From Hemiscyllium ocellatum (Eukaryota), in the NCBI RefSeq assembly GCF_020745735.1, contig NC_083407.1, positions 35,145,857-35,209,856 on the forward strand: a stretch of 64,000 bases of DNA, written 5' to 3'. The position numbers and the translations under genes are program-made. The notes below the pieces were generated by a model that saw only the letters and a program-made list of their open reading frames with translations, had not been told where the DNA came from and searched no databases. This document shows positions 25,259-36,860 of this stretch, piece by piece. How positions within the stretch are numbered: position 1 is the stretch's first letter; every line of letters starts with the position of its first letter.

Positions 25259-26157
25259 AATATCATATGCAGATTTTGTCTTTTGATTCATTGTTGTTCA
25301 TCTGAAGAATTTGTTTGAATTTGCAATCAATACTGACAATGTCAATAATATCTAGAAGTCTAATATCTTAAAGCATTATCCTTCCACATCATAAATGTGC
25401 ACATGAATGTGAAACAGTGCAGACTGAAGGAATGAAAGCCTGATTTTGCTGACTGCTGTGAGGGTTGTAAGTGTAATGAATTTGACCCAGTTCCAAGTGG
25501 CTTATGTCCACAAAATTCTCTATAATATGACACTAATTATCACTAAATTGGCAATCTCTTTTAGGTACTATAAGAGTAGTTGGGACAGAAAATAGAAATG
25601 TCATATTGATGCAGTAGAAGATTATCACTAGGAAGAGCAATGAACTTGATTCCATATATCACACCATACCTGGGTGAGCAGTAGTTAATGGTGACATTGA
25701 GTCAAAAGAGTCAAAAGCTTTTTACTCTCATAATCATGAAAGGGGAAGGAAAATCTTAAAGAAAACAAATTGAAAATATCAATTTTTCAAAACTGAAGAC
25801 AAAGTTTTTTTTTAATTAAGGTAAAGCAAAGAGGTAATTGAGACACCATTTTCCAAGCAACAAGAGAGTAATGTATGAAATTTCCCATTTTGGGAAAAAA
25901 AAAGATTTGTCATCAAAATCAAGTTTCCCTTTTCATCAAAGATTTAGGGCATTGCTCAGTTCTGTTATAAATATGATCTACAAATGTGAAATTACAATAA
26001 ATATAGTACAAAGAAGGAAGTGGCCTTTGTGTTGCCTCAGATTAAAAAAAACAAAGTTCTTCACAATTGATTTAATTCATTCAGAGGTTTAGTTATCTGC
26101 TTAAGTGGAAACAACCTCTTTTATTGCAAATACAGTTATTGACCTCTGTATTAAGGT

Positions 26158-26289
26158 AGGAGAAAGTGAGGACTGCAGATGCTAGAGATCAGAGCTGAAA
26201 AATGTGTTACTGGAAAAGCGCAGCAGGTCAGGCAGCATCAAAGGAGCAGGGGAATCGACGTTTCGGGCATAAGCCCTTCTTCAGGAATC
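26158..26289 (-). mobile_element. 132-bp Penelope pLTR mini-insertion (hammerhead + tail)
   Basis: Perfect 16-bp TSD ACCTCTGTATTAAGGT at 26142-26157 and 26290-26305. Confidence 0.9.
26253..26288 (-). ncRNA. Hammerhead ribozyme (family A), core intact
   Basis: Reverse complement: attc-CTGAAGA-A-GGGC-ttat-GCCC-GAAAC-GTC-gatt. Confidence 0.8.
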
Positions 26290-26589
26290 ACCTCTGTATT
26301 AAGGTGTCTTTTGATAGTGATCAATGAAACAAGAAACCTCTAATACCATAGTTGTTGCAACAACCATACAATCTTACTGTAAAATTGTAACTTAATGAGT
26401 CAACAAAATCTGTACAAAGAATTGTTTTAGCGTTCATGCTTTAATTGTGTACTATGCATAGAGTGGACACATTTGGAAATTAAAGTTATAAAATAGCTTA
26501 ATATAAAATGCATTTAGATTGAAAATAAAATTGAAAAGAAAACAAAAATAAAACATTTCTAACAAGGCACATCTTGCTTGTTTTTGAAG

Positions 26590-26730
26590 GAGACAAGCTA
26601 TGGTGGGCAGATCAAGCATCTGGATGGATTGGAATCTGCAATAAAGTGGATGGTTCAGAGCCTGTCATCATGCGGAAAAATATTGCAACTGTATTGCATA
26701 TGAAAGTCTATGGGAAAGAGATGCAGCAAG
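26590..26730 (+). CDS. LRP1B: LRP1B-like internal coding exon (141 nt), end of a YWTD beta-propeller
   Basis: Acceptor ttttgaag|G and donor CAAG|gtaaga; phase 1/1. Translates (G)DKLWWADQASGWIGICNKVDGSEPVIMRKNIATVLHMKVYGKEMQQ(G), matching the LRP1/LRP1B motif GDKLWWADQ...HMKVY. The short 'QQG' linker is LRP1B-like. Confidence 0.9.
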
Positions 26731-26847
26731 GTAAGAAAAAAGCCAACAAGACATAAAGGGCAAAGAATGGCTTTGTTTTCATTGGGATTCAGTTGTCCAG
26801 TGAATTAATTCAATAAGTGATTGACAAGAAAATTTAGAATGACGGAT

Positions 26848-27990
26848 TACTGCAGATTCTGAAATCTGTATTATAAAAAACAAATGCAGGAGATCAAAGG
26901 GGCTCAGACAACATCCTTGGAAAGAGAACAACCTACCATGTTGCATCTTGATGACTTTGTCAGAGTAGAAGTGTGGAGGGGCAGCATTTATGCTCTATTT
27001 GGAGGTGGTTGTGGTGGTGGTGGTGGGGGGGTGGGCTGCTGTGTGGAGGTTTTTTTTTTAGATTAGACTTACAGTGTGGAAACAGGCCCTTCGGCCCAAC
27101 AAGTCCACACCGACCCGCCGAAGCGCAACCCACCCATACCCCTACATTTACCTAACACTACGGGCAATTTAGCTTGGCCAATTCACCTGACCCGCACATC
27201 TTTGGACTGTGGGAGGAAACCGGAGCACCCGGAGGAAACCCACGCAGACACGGGGAGAACGTGCAAACTCCACACAGTCAGTCGCCTGAGTCGGGAATTG
27301 AACCCGGGTCTACAGGCGCTGTGAAGCAGCAGTGCTAACCACTGTGAGAGTGCTGGTGGAGAAAATATGTTGTTAGTTCAGATTAAGTGAATGGAATGTG
27401 AGAATGGCAGAACAATTGTGTGTCTAACTGACCAGACAGTCCACTAGGGTGGAGGGAGGGAAGAGAGGATATGGTGACAGAGAATGTAACAAGTAAAGCC
27501 AAGGGAACTAATGGGAGTTGATACAAAATTTGAAGGTTTTGAGCTCAATATTGGGTCCAAAAGGCTGCAAAGTGTCTAGTATGGAGATGGGATGTTGTTC
27601 CTCCAGTTTGCACTGTGATTCACTGGAACACTGCAGCATGCGTGGACAGACATGGCATACGAGCAGGATACTTTGTTAAACTGACCAGCTACAGGAAGGC
27701 TGATGTTATGCTTGCACACAGACTGGGAGGGGGGGGGGGGGCGGTGTCTGCAAAACTGTCATCCAGTCTACGTTTAGCTTTTCCAATTTAGAATAGGCCA
27801 CATTGGGTACAGTGAATATAATATAAAAGGTTGAAGGAGGTACAGGTGAAATGCTGCTTCACTTGGAAAGACTGTTTACGTCCTTGGGTGGTGAACAGGG
27901 AGGAGGTGAATGGGTAGGTGCTGCACCTTCTGCGGTTACATGGGAAAGTGCAGTGGAAAACAGAGTTGGTATTGATGGTCGTGGAATGCT
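26848..27990 (-). mobile_element. Old degenerate Penelope-like element interrupted by an HE1 SINE
   Basis: 27550-27960 is a diverged homologue of 5900-6290 (e.g. TACAGGTGAA, CACCTTCTGCGGTTACATGGGAAAGTG). pLTR-like end at 26848-26970. Confidence 0.7.
27060..27346 (-). mobile_element. HE1-type V-SINE, young
   Basis: Reverse complement is near-identical to 81-389. Confidence 0.9.
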
Positions 27991-28239
27991 GCGCCTGAAG
28001 TCAACAAAGCATAAACAAGAATTATTTTAAGGTGGTCATGACTGGGCAAAAATAAACCAGTTACTCTATCATCAATAATAGGATATGCTATCAGTAATTC
28101 CCCCTATTACTATTCATTTAAAGAGAACAAAGAAAACGTAAAGTCAGCAAAAATAGACTGTTGGTTTACTGTGAACACCAAATCAGTGAAAATTAAACAG
28201 ATATATCAAAATATGCTGTATATAAACATAAGGAAGAAT

Positions 28240-29470
28240 TTTCAAAAAGGCTCTCATAAATTTTTAAAAAGCAGGACAAATCTACTTTAATTTTTCAAGG
28301 ATGTAATTCCTGAAGTTGACAAAGAAGGGTATATGGATGTGGTTTACTTGGGCTTTCAGAAGGCTTTTAATACTGTTCTACATAAGAGATTAGCATGAAA
28401 AACTAAAGCACATGGAATTGAGGGATATTTACTGACATGCATTGAAAATTGAGTCAGCAGACAGGAAACAAAGTTTAGGAATAAATGGGTATTTTTTTGA
28501 CTGGCAGCAGTGACTCATGGGGTACCAAAGGCATCAGTGCTAGGACCCCAACTATTTACAGTATATTTTCACAATTTGGATGTGGGAACTAATGTAATAC
28601 CACCAAGTTGCAAATCACAGAAAGTGGGGTGGAAAGGTGAACTGTGAGGATGATGCAGAAATGATGTCAGTGTGATTTGGTCACATTGAGTAATTGTGCA
28701 AATGAATGGAGGATGATGTATAATGTGGATAAATGTGAGATTATCCAATTTGGTAGCAAGCAAAAGGATATAGATTATTATCTGAATGGTGATAGATTGG
28801 GAAAAGGGGAGGTACAATGACACCTGGTTAGCCTTGTACGCCAGTTATTGAAGGTAAGCATGCAAGTGCAGCAGGCAGTGAAGAAAGCAACTGTTGGTTT
28901 TCAAAGCATGAGGACTCGAGCACAGGAGCAGAGACGTTTTGCTGCAAAAGTACAGACCACATCCAGGTATTGTGTGCCATTTTGGTGTCTGTTTCAAAGG
29001 AAGGATGTTCTGGCTATGTTGGCAGTGTAACAATGGTGACTGTTGCCTGACATAGCAGGATTGATATATAGATCAATTAAAATTGTGTTCACTGAGGTTT
29101 TGAAGAATGAGTAGAATAAAATAAAACTCCATATAATTCTAACAGGAATAGGCAAGAAGGATGTTCCCAATGTTCTGGGAATCCAGAACCAAGGGTTACA
29201 GTCTAAAGGTACATGACAGGCCAAAGGAAAGATTTCTTCACACAGAGAGTCTTGAGCCCATTGAATTTTTTTTGCCACAGAGAATGGTTGAGACCATAAC
29301 ACTGAATTTTTTCAGGAAGGTTAGATATGGTTCTTAGGGCTAAAGAGATCAAAGAGTACAAGGAGAAAATGTGACCAAGGTGTTGGATTGGTTGATCAGT
29401 CATGATCATATTGAATGTTGTTGCAGAGTGGAAGGGCTGAATTACTGCTCCTATGCTCTATGTTTCTGTA
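28240..29470 (+). mobile_element. Degenerate CR1 LINE, RT to 3' end
   Basis: Remnants of the DVVYLxFQKAF and GVPxxSVLGPxLF motifs; tail GCTCCTATGCTCTATGTTTCT. Confidence 0.8.
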
Positions 29471-30047
29471 CATCTAAATGTTAACTCATTGAATTTTCAT
29501 TCCCTCAAAGGTTATTGACATGAAAATTTAACTCTGTTTCTCTCTTCATCTACTGCCTGACATGTTAAGTATTGTTTCAACATTTATCATTGTTAAGTCA
29601 TGGAGTTTATTTTATCTCAACTTAATAGTTTTAAATATGCTTTGTATTAGAAAGAAGATGAGAAATTAAAAAACCTTTAGAGGAGGAAACATGAATGATT
29701 CCTGCTGTGTTCTGTAGTAGGGTCCTAGTATTTGCACATTCTCATTCCATCCAGTCTTGTAGTTAGGTGTTTACCTTCTTTGCAAGCTGAAATTAGGGTT
29801 TTTTTTCCTCCATGGTATTTAGAAATGTAAAATAAAGTAAAATTTGAGCAGTCTCAACTAATGCTCCCTAAGAAGTTTTGAGGGATATGGACCTCTAAGG
29901 ATCAAAAGAGAAATACAATTTATGTGAGAATGTGGAATTTAGGAAACCTGCTCTTTGATTGAATACCAGCAGCCAAAATAATGAAAGCCTTAATGATTTT
30001 GGAATAGCCTGATTAATTGCACTAGTTTCAAGGGTTCTAAGGGCCAT

Positions 30048-30365
30048 GTAAAGTCACCATAGTCCTACTGGACCAGAGGGCTACTCTCTCATTAGGAAAA
30101 GATGGCTAGTTGCAATTTAACCCGGGGATCACGACACCTTAGGCAAGGGGAAAGATGAAGAAGGAGAACCCTTCATGGTCACCTCAGCCTGTGTGGGAAT
30201 TGAACTCATACTGTTGGTTACACCCTTCCTGATGAAGGGCCTATGCCGGAAACGTCGATTTCCCTGCTCCTCGGATGCTACCTGACCTGCTGTGCTTTTC
30301 CAGCACTGCATTTTCGACTGTTGGTCTCACCCGATATTGCCAATCAGCTCTTCGGCCATTTGAAC
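30048..30365 (-). mobile_element. tRNA-derived SINE (same family as 23560-23800) hosting a Penelope mini-insertion
   Basis: AAAGTCACCATAGTCC...CTCTCTCATTAG...GGGAATTGAAC; the homology resumes after 30332. Confidence 0.6.
30226..30316 (+). mobile_element. 91-bp Penelope pLTR mini-insertion; hammerhead at 30225-30260 with a mismatched stem II closing pair
   Basis: CTGATGA-A-GGGC-ctat-GCCG-GAAAC-GTC. TSD ACTGTTGGTnnCACCC (14/16) at 30210-30225 and 30317-30332. Confidence 0.85.
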
Positions 30366-31289
30366 TAAATAATACACCAAGGGACATGTATATGGGAAAC
30401 AAAAGTTCATGAACAAGATTATATTGTAGGACATATTATGTTTTGATAAGCATGGGCAGTGAACACAGTTGTGTGAAGGCATTCTAAAAGGGAGCTAAAC
30501 ATGTTCTTGAACGTAGCCAGGACCTCAACATATGGAAGCAACATGGATTATTAGGGATATATCACTCAGCCTCAATGATCTCCTTTTTTTTTGGATTGGA
30601 GAGAACTTCACAGTGCTAGCTAGTTCTAAGATTTTTAAGGTATTTTGTAAAATATTCTTCTGGTAGAATTCTGAGCAATTGCAAGGAAATTTGATGAGCT
30701 GTTAGGGGATGACTACTATTAGATATCATGGCCTTGGGAAGTGAACAAGTACACTACTCCTCAGCTTTCCTCCAAATTCTCTGATTCCCTCTGCCTTAGT
30801 GGGGGAGGTAGAGGGCCTTCTTCCTGCCCAGTGGCTAATACATCTTAGCCTGAAGTGACAAATTGAGGGCTGTTATGCAAGAGATTCAGGACCCTGGAGA
30901 AATCCAGCGATAATGTAATGGAGCTGCATGTCATAAAGTATAATTAGTATCCATATTGTGAATTTTGATCAAAAACACTCACCAATTCTAATTTGATTGT
31001 GAAAATTTACTCATCCCTTTTTATTCCAGGATCACATAAGTAAAATATTGTGGATGCTAGAAAAATGAAATAAAGACAAAAAATACTGGAACTATTCATG
31101 TTCATTCGTTAGAAGAAAAAAAGAGTTCATGATTGAGATTAATGAATCATTCAGGAAGAATCGCATTAGGACCATTTGGACAGAGAGTTACAAAGTTCTA
31201 AGATAAATATTTTTGTTATGACCCTGAATGTTGCTTTCAATGGTGAATGCTATTCCTGTCTCCTCACTCAAATTTAGCCATTCACCAAC

Positions 31290-31535
31290 CAGGCAATTGT
31301 CTAGTGGTATTATTGGAAAAATATTAACCTAAAAACTCAACTAATATCCTAGTGACCCAGGTTCAAATTCTGTCAAAGCAGATGGTGGAAATTGAATTCT
31401 ATTTACAACATTTAAAAGGCAGGGTTTAGAGAGATATGGGCCAAATCCTGGGAAATTGAACGGGCCAGATTGGAATGTCTGGTTGGTGTAGACGAGTCAG
31501 ACCAAAGGGTTTGTTTCCGTGCTGTATGACCATAA
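31290..31535 (+). mobile_element. Deu-SINE head fused to a CR1 3' tail
   Basis: CTAGTGGTATTATTGG...GGTTCAAATTC...GCAGATGGTGGAAATTGAATTC, then ATTTACAACATTTAAAAGGC...CTGTATGAC. Confidence 0.6.
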
Positions 31536-31919
31536 CTTGCTTGTTCAAATACAGCTGACAAAAGGTAAAGCTTTCCTATCTGTAGAACAATTTATTTCGT
31601 GAGGTTAAAAAGACCAACATGCTACAAAAAGATCATTACCATTTTGCTATGATAACACAATGATCATAAATTTTAATGCTAGATAGACTAATGCCATTAC
31701 TACTGTTTGATGTAATGCTCCATTATTCTAGCAAAATGTGCTTTTCAGAGCTATTTGATGCAGAAAGTTTAGTTCCAATTTCAAAAGAAGTTAGATTATT
31801 CATCAATCATATTGACATAGATCACTGTACAGTCAAGAGAAGTCTCATTATTCATGTAGAAGGAAGCTAACTGAAGCATTGGTAGGCTCCTAAACATTGA
31901 TTTTATATGCCTCATTTAG

Positions 31920-32045
31920 GTACTAATCTGTGTAGTGTGAACAACGGTGGATGCTCCCAGCTCTGCTTGCCAGTCTCAGAAACAAGGAAAACATGCAAGT
32001 GCACTGTGGGATATCAGCTACGCAGTGATAAAATGTCATGTGAGG
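31920..32045 (+). CDS. LRP1B: LRP1B-like internal coding exon (126 nt), EGF-like domain
   Basis: Acceptor catttag|G and donor GAGG|gtaagt; phase 1/1. Translates (G)[41 protein letters not shown](G), a 6-Cys EGF repeat of the LRP family. Confidence 0.93.
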
Positions 32046-33701
32046 GTAAGTGTTATTGTCAACTGAAGGAAACAACAGCTTTCCTGTGTGGAGAAAAGTA
32101 ATTAACTTCTTTTTATCCTGATTCTAGTCAGAGAAGCTCAGCTACCTTTGGTGCTGGTAATCAGGATAGCCATATAGTATCAGCTTCCTGCTGTTGCTCT
32201 TTCAGCTCATTTACCTTCACTGAGGTCCTTCTCCATTTGAAACCAGACAAAAAGTGTAATTGGTACCTATTCCCAAAAAATCCAGTAACAAATCCTGTCC
32301 ACCATGAGGTAAATTGAGGGGTTTACATTCTCATGTGCAGCTGATGTGTAGAGAACAGAATGTTTACCACCTCCGCTTTTATATCTTCACATAACCCTTG
32401 GAAGGCACAGTGACAAATGATGTGAGAGGCAGCTTTAAAACAATAAAACACATCACTCATAAAGATTGCTGTGCTTCTTTCTGGATATACATGTGGCTGT
32501 GTGTCACAGCAAAAATAAAATTGTAACGACACAGCAGATGGTTAGATGCAGCTATCAGAGGAATACACACACTGTTTACACAGTAATGCCCTCAATTAAT
32601 TCTAACATGAAATCTTCCCTGATGAAGGAAAAAGATGCATTCAGAACATAGTGCTGATGCAGCTTGCAGAGCATAGCAAGAAGTTGATAATTGCATAAGC
32701 TGAGTTGATTCTATAATCCAGGATGAAGTTAAGGTGTATTAATTTCAATAGAGATCTATTTCTAATTTGAAATGCTTCTATTAAAACAGTTAATTTCCTT
32801 TGTAGGGTCATGCAAAAAAATATTTTATACTTAAAATTGAAGCAAATATTTTCCAACGGTAATTGGAATTTAGTTTGTTCCAGATCTATTTTGCATAGTT
32901 GTTTCCCCCCTTTTATTTGGTCTGGTAGCTTTGATTGCAAAAGCAAATGCCCCGTGTGAATTTTCTGCTCCATCACTGTTGACAATTGAAAATACACTTT
33001 AAACAGCTGAATAAAATGTTCTGCAGTTACTATCAAGAATTTCAGATCACACTGCCTTCACTTCAAAGAATGCTATTGAAATTAGTCATTAAAGGCTCAA
33101 AAGAATCTAACATTGACAAGAAGAACACACTTTTCCTAAATTATAACTGTAACCAATAGCAATGTTAATAGAATATTGAAAGGAATACATTTGTTAAAAT
33201 AAATTAGAAATATTTTTTGAGAACCAGTTTTGATAGTTGACAATAAAATTACACTAAGCAGTAAATTTTTATGCCTGGGGCAACTTTTCAACTTTTCACA
33301 TAGTGTAAAGAGGTTGTACAGACCAGTTGGTCGTCATAGAAGCGGTCTGATTTTCACTTCCAATAAAGAAATTATTCATTTACAGTTCTTCATCCAATAT
33401 AGTGATAGAAATACTGCTTTAAACTTGTAGTAGAAATTGTGGAAAATGAAGCACATTGCATCAAACAAAAATATTGATGTTAGGAAAGTGAAAGAGCATT
33501 GCAAATTAATACTATTTTGAACTATTTCTGCTCTGATATAACTTGACATCAGTCAAAGCCTAGTCAGAAATGTCTACTTTTGTACATGCTTGAAAACAAT
33601 ATTGTCAAATTATAAATTGTGAAATCAATAGCTAATCAAATCTTATTTTCCATTTACTTATTTTCTAAGGGAATAACATAAAGAAAAATGATTTATTTAT
33701 T

Positions 33702-33833
33702 CATTCCTGAAGATGGGCTTATGCCCAAAACGTCGATTCTCCTGTTCCTTTGATGCTGCCTGACCTGCTGCGCTTTTCCAGCAACACATTTTTAAGCTCT
33801 GATCTCCAGCATCTGCAATCCTCACTCTCCTAC
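33702..33833 (+). mobile_element. 132-bp Penelope pLTR mini-insertion with an inactivated hammerhead (33703-33738) next to the LRP1B splice acceptor
   Basis: Perfect 14-bp TSD ATGATTTATTTATT at 33688-33701 and 33834-33847. Core reads CTGAAGA-T-GGGC-ttat-GCCC-aAAAC-GTC. Confidence 0.9.
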
Positions 33834-33853
33834 ATGATTTATTTATTGTCTAG

Positions 33854-33985
33854 GTTTTGAATCTTTCCTGATGTATTCTCTTCATGAAGAAATCAGAGGA
33901 ATATCACTTGAACCCAATGATAAATCAGATGCCTTGCTGCCAATTTCCGGTACATCGCTTACTGTAGGAATAGACTTCCATGCAG
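33854..33985 (+). CDS. LRP1B: LRP1B-like internal coding exon (132 nt), start of the next YWTD propeller
   Basis: Acceptor ttgtctag|G and donor GCAG|gtttgt; phase 1/1. Translates (G)[43 protein letters not shown](G). Confidence 0.93.
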
Positions 33986-34959
33986 GTTTGTATCATTTTT
34001 TGGCAATTTTGTTCATATTTGAAGGATTAATGAATGCATGTTCATTGGAGCAAGATTTAATTTTATTTGTCACAATTAAATTACAGGCTGAAGTATCAGC
34101 TATCTTTAAGAGGGAACATATTTTTTATTAACCTATTTGCTAGCATAAAACTTTCCCATGAATCTTTGGTTTGGCTTTTGTTATATTTTTCAAATTGACT
34201 CAGATAAACCCTTATGTGATTGCTACATGTGACCATAATTAATTAATAAGTGTTTGACTGATGTATTGACTGCAAATTGTAATGAGTATTAATGTACGCT
34301 AGATTACACCTTTTCCTTATCTGAACATGGGTCAAAATCTTTGGCTGACCTTGAAGTAAAGAAGGGCATTTAAGTTTTAAAGATTGACTTTTCATTTTGA
34401 ATACATAACACTCCTGTTAATACTGTTACTTTAATCTGCCGATAAATTAGCCTCATACTTATCTCAAAATGACCAAATAAAACTTAACAAACATCAGCCA
34501 TGAAGGCAACCAGTCTTTATTTGACTCTGCAATGTAATAAACACAGTAAATGAGGCATATCAAGAATTCCTAAATAGGAAGTCAAAAATGTCATGCATAC
34601 AGATATTTCATGGTAAACAATATGACAAGAATCTAACACAACAATGATCAAAGTTGTGAAGTGTCATGTTTCTGCAACAGCCACCTCAGTCTCAGTTAGG
34701 ACATAAGCCATCTGTACTGCCTGGCTGGAACCCTGATTCCAAAAGGGATTGAAAATGGGCAGAAGAATGAAGCTAAATGAATCAGTCTTTGAGAGAACCT
34801 GTGCCAGCATGATGGCTGAAATATTCATTTCTCTGATGCCGCCACAGAAGTGAGCTTAATAACTGTGTTTTGGGTGCATAATTCTTCTCCCAGAGTAACA
34901 TTCCCAGTACTTAAAATGAGTAAATGGGCAAAATTCATACTTTGTTGGGGGTTGCTGTT

Positions 34960-36295
34960 TAAGGGAAGATGTGTTGGATAGGCTAGAGGTTATTAAGGTG
35001 GTAAATCCCCAGGACCAGATGGTATCTATCCCAGGTTGCTGAGGGAGGCAAGAGAGGAAATAGCTGGGGCCCTGACAGATAACTTTGTGGCATCTTTAAA
35101 TACAGGTGAGGTGCTGGAGGACTGGAAGATTGCTCATATTGTCCCCCTGTACAAGAAAGGTAGTAGGGATATTCCAGGTAACTACAGACCAGTGAGCCTG
35201 ATGTTGGTGGTGGGAAAGTTGCTGGAGAGGGTACTGAGGGATAGGATCTATTTATACTTAGAAAAGAATGGGCTTATCAGTGAAAGCCAGCATGGTTTTG
35301 TGCAGGAGAGATCATGTCTTACCAACTTAATAGAGTTCTTCGAGGAAGTGACCAAGTTGATAGATGAAGGAAGGGCTGTTGATGTCATATACATGGACTT
35401 TAGTAAGGTGTTTGATAAGGTTCCCCATGGTAGACTAATGGAGAAAGTGAAGTCACATGGTATGCAGGGTGTTCTAGCTAGGTGGATAAAGAACTGGTTG
35501 AGCAACAGGAGACAGAGAGTAGTGGTTGAAGGGAGTTTCTCGAAATGGAGAAAGGTGACTAGTGGTGTTCCACAGGGGTCAGTGTTGGCACCACTGCTGT
35601 TTGTAATATACATAAATGTTCTGGAAGAGGGCACTGTTGGAATGATTAAGTTTGCAGATGACATGAAGATTGGTGGAGTAGCAGAAAGCATAAGGGATTG
35701 TCAAAGAATACAGGAGAATATAGATAGTCTGAAGAGTTGGGCGGATAAAGTGACAGATGGATTTCAATCCACACAAATATGAGGTGATGCATTTAGGCAA
35801 GACTAATTCTAGATCGAATTATACAATGAACGGAAGAGCCTTGGGAAAAGTATGATGGGCAGAGGTCTTGGAATGCAGGTTGCTGCACAGGTGGATAGAG
35901 TGGTCAAGAAGGCATATAGTATGTTTGCCTTCATTGGTCGGGGTATTGAGTATAAGAGCTGGCAAGTCATGTTAAAATTGTATAAAACATTGGTTCGGCC
36001 GCGTTTAGAATACTGTGTACAGTTCTGGTCGCCACATTACCAAAAGGATGTGAAGGTTTACGAGGATGTTGCCTGGACTGGAAGGTGCTAGCTTTGAAGA
36101 GGGGTTGAGTAGGTTCGGTTTATTATCATTAGAAAAAAAAGAGATTGAGGAGAGACTAGATTGAGATTTATAAAAGCATGAAGGATATAGACAGGGTGGA
36201 TAGAGAGAAACTTTTTCCCAGGGTGATGGATTCAATAACAAAAGATTACACTTTGAAGGTAAGAGGTGAAAAGTTTAAGGGGCATACACATGGCA
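34960..36295 (+). mobile_element. CR1/HER1 LINE RT fragment
   Basis: ORF 35036-35782 has GNYRPVSL, SQHGF, YMDFSKVFDKVPH, GVPQGSVL, KFADDMK; frameshifted downstream. Confidence 0.92.
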
Positions 36296-36554
36296 CATAC
36301 CCTATTCCACCCATTCCCCATGAATCCCAACTTCAGAGATCCACCCTGCCTTGAGCTACAGATACCGTACTCCTGGGTCCTCTGCGTTTCAGGATACCCT
36401 ACCAGCAGCAAGCAAAGTCCTCCTCCAAGGCATTGCCAAGTGCAAAGCCCTTCTAAGATCAGTAGACTTAAAGCACCAGCTCTGTTTTCTCTCCACTGTT
36501 GCTGCCAAGCCTGCTGAGTTTCTCTTAGCAATTTCTGTTTGATGCACATTAAAC

Positions 36555-36860
36555 CATAAGACAAAGGAACAGTTTTGCCCTTCAAGCCTACTTTCCCAAA
36601 CAAGAGGATCATGATGTTTATCTGACACTCCTCACGTCAATTTTCCTGCCTTTTCTCCATTATCTTGGATTCCCCTTCTAATCAAGAATCTATCTATCTC
36701 AGACTTAAATGGACAACCAGGATCATATTGAACAGCCAAATGGACTACCCTTGCACCTTTTTTCTCTGTTTCTATGAATGCCCCCACAGCTCTTTGTGGC
36801 AAGGAGTTCCAAAGACTCTCAACCCTCTATCAGAAGAAATTCTTCCTCATCTCAACTTTT
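36555..36860 (-). mobile_element. Degenerate CR1 3' end
   Basis: CCATAAGACAAAGG tail and GGCAAGGAGTTCCAAAGACTCTCAACCCTCT motif of the CR1 3' UTR. Confidence 0.6.

Noticed and set aside
1-26589. The preceding LRP1B exon or a nested host gene
   Set aside because: No YWTD/EGF-like exon with matching splice sites was found. The short ORFs are repeat-derived or low-information.
26930-26970. Additional hammerhead motifs in old pLTR remnants (also about 29490, 31130 and 36450)
   Set aside because: Position in the pLTR fits, but the core nucleotides are too decayed to call.
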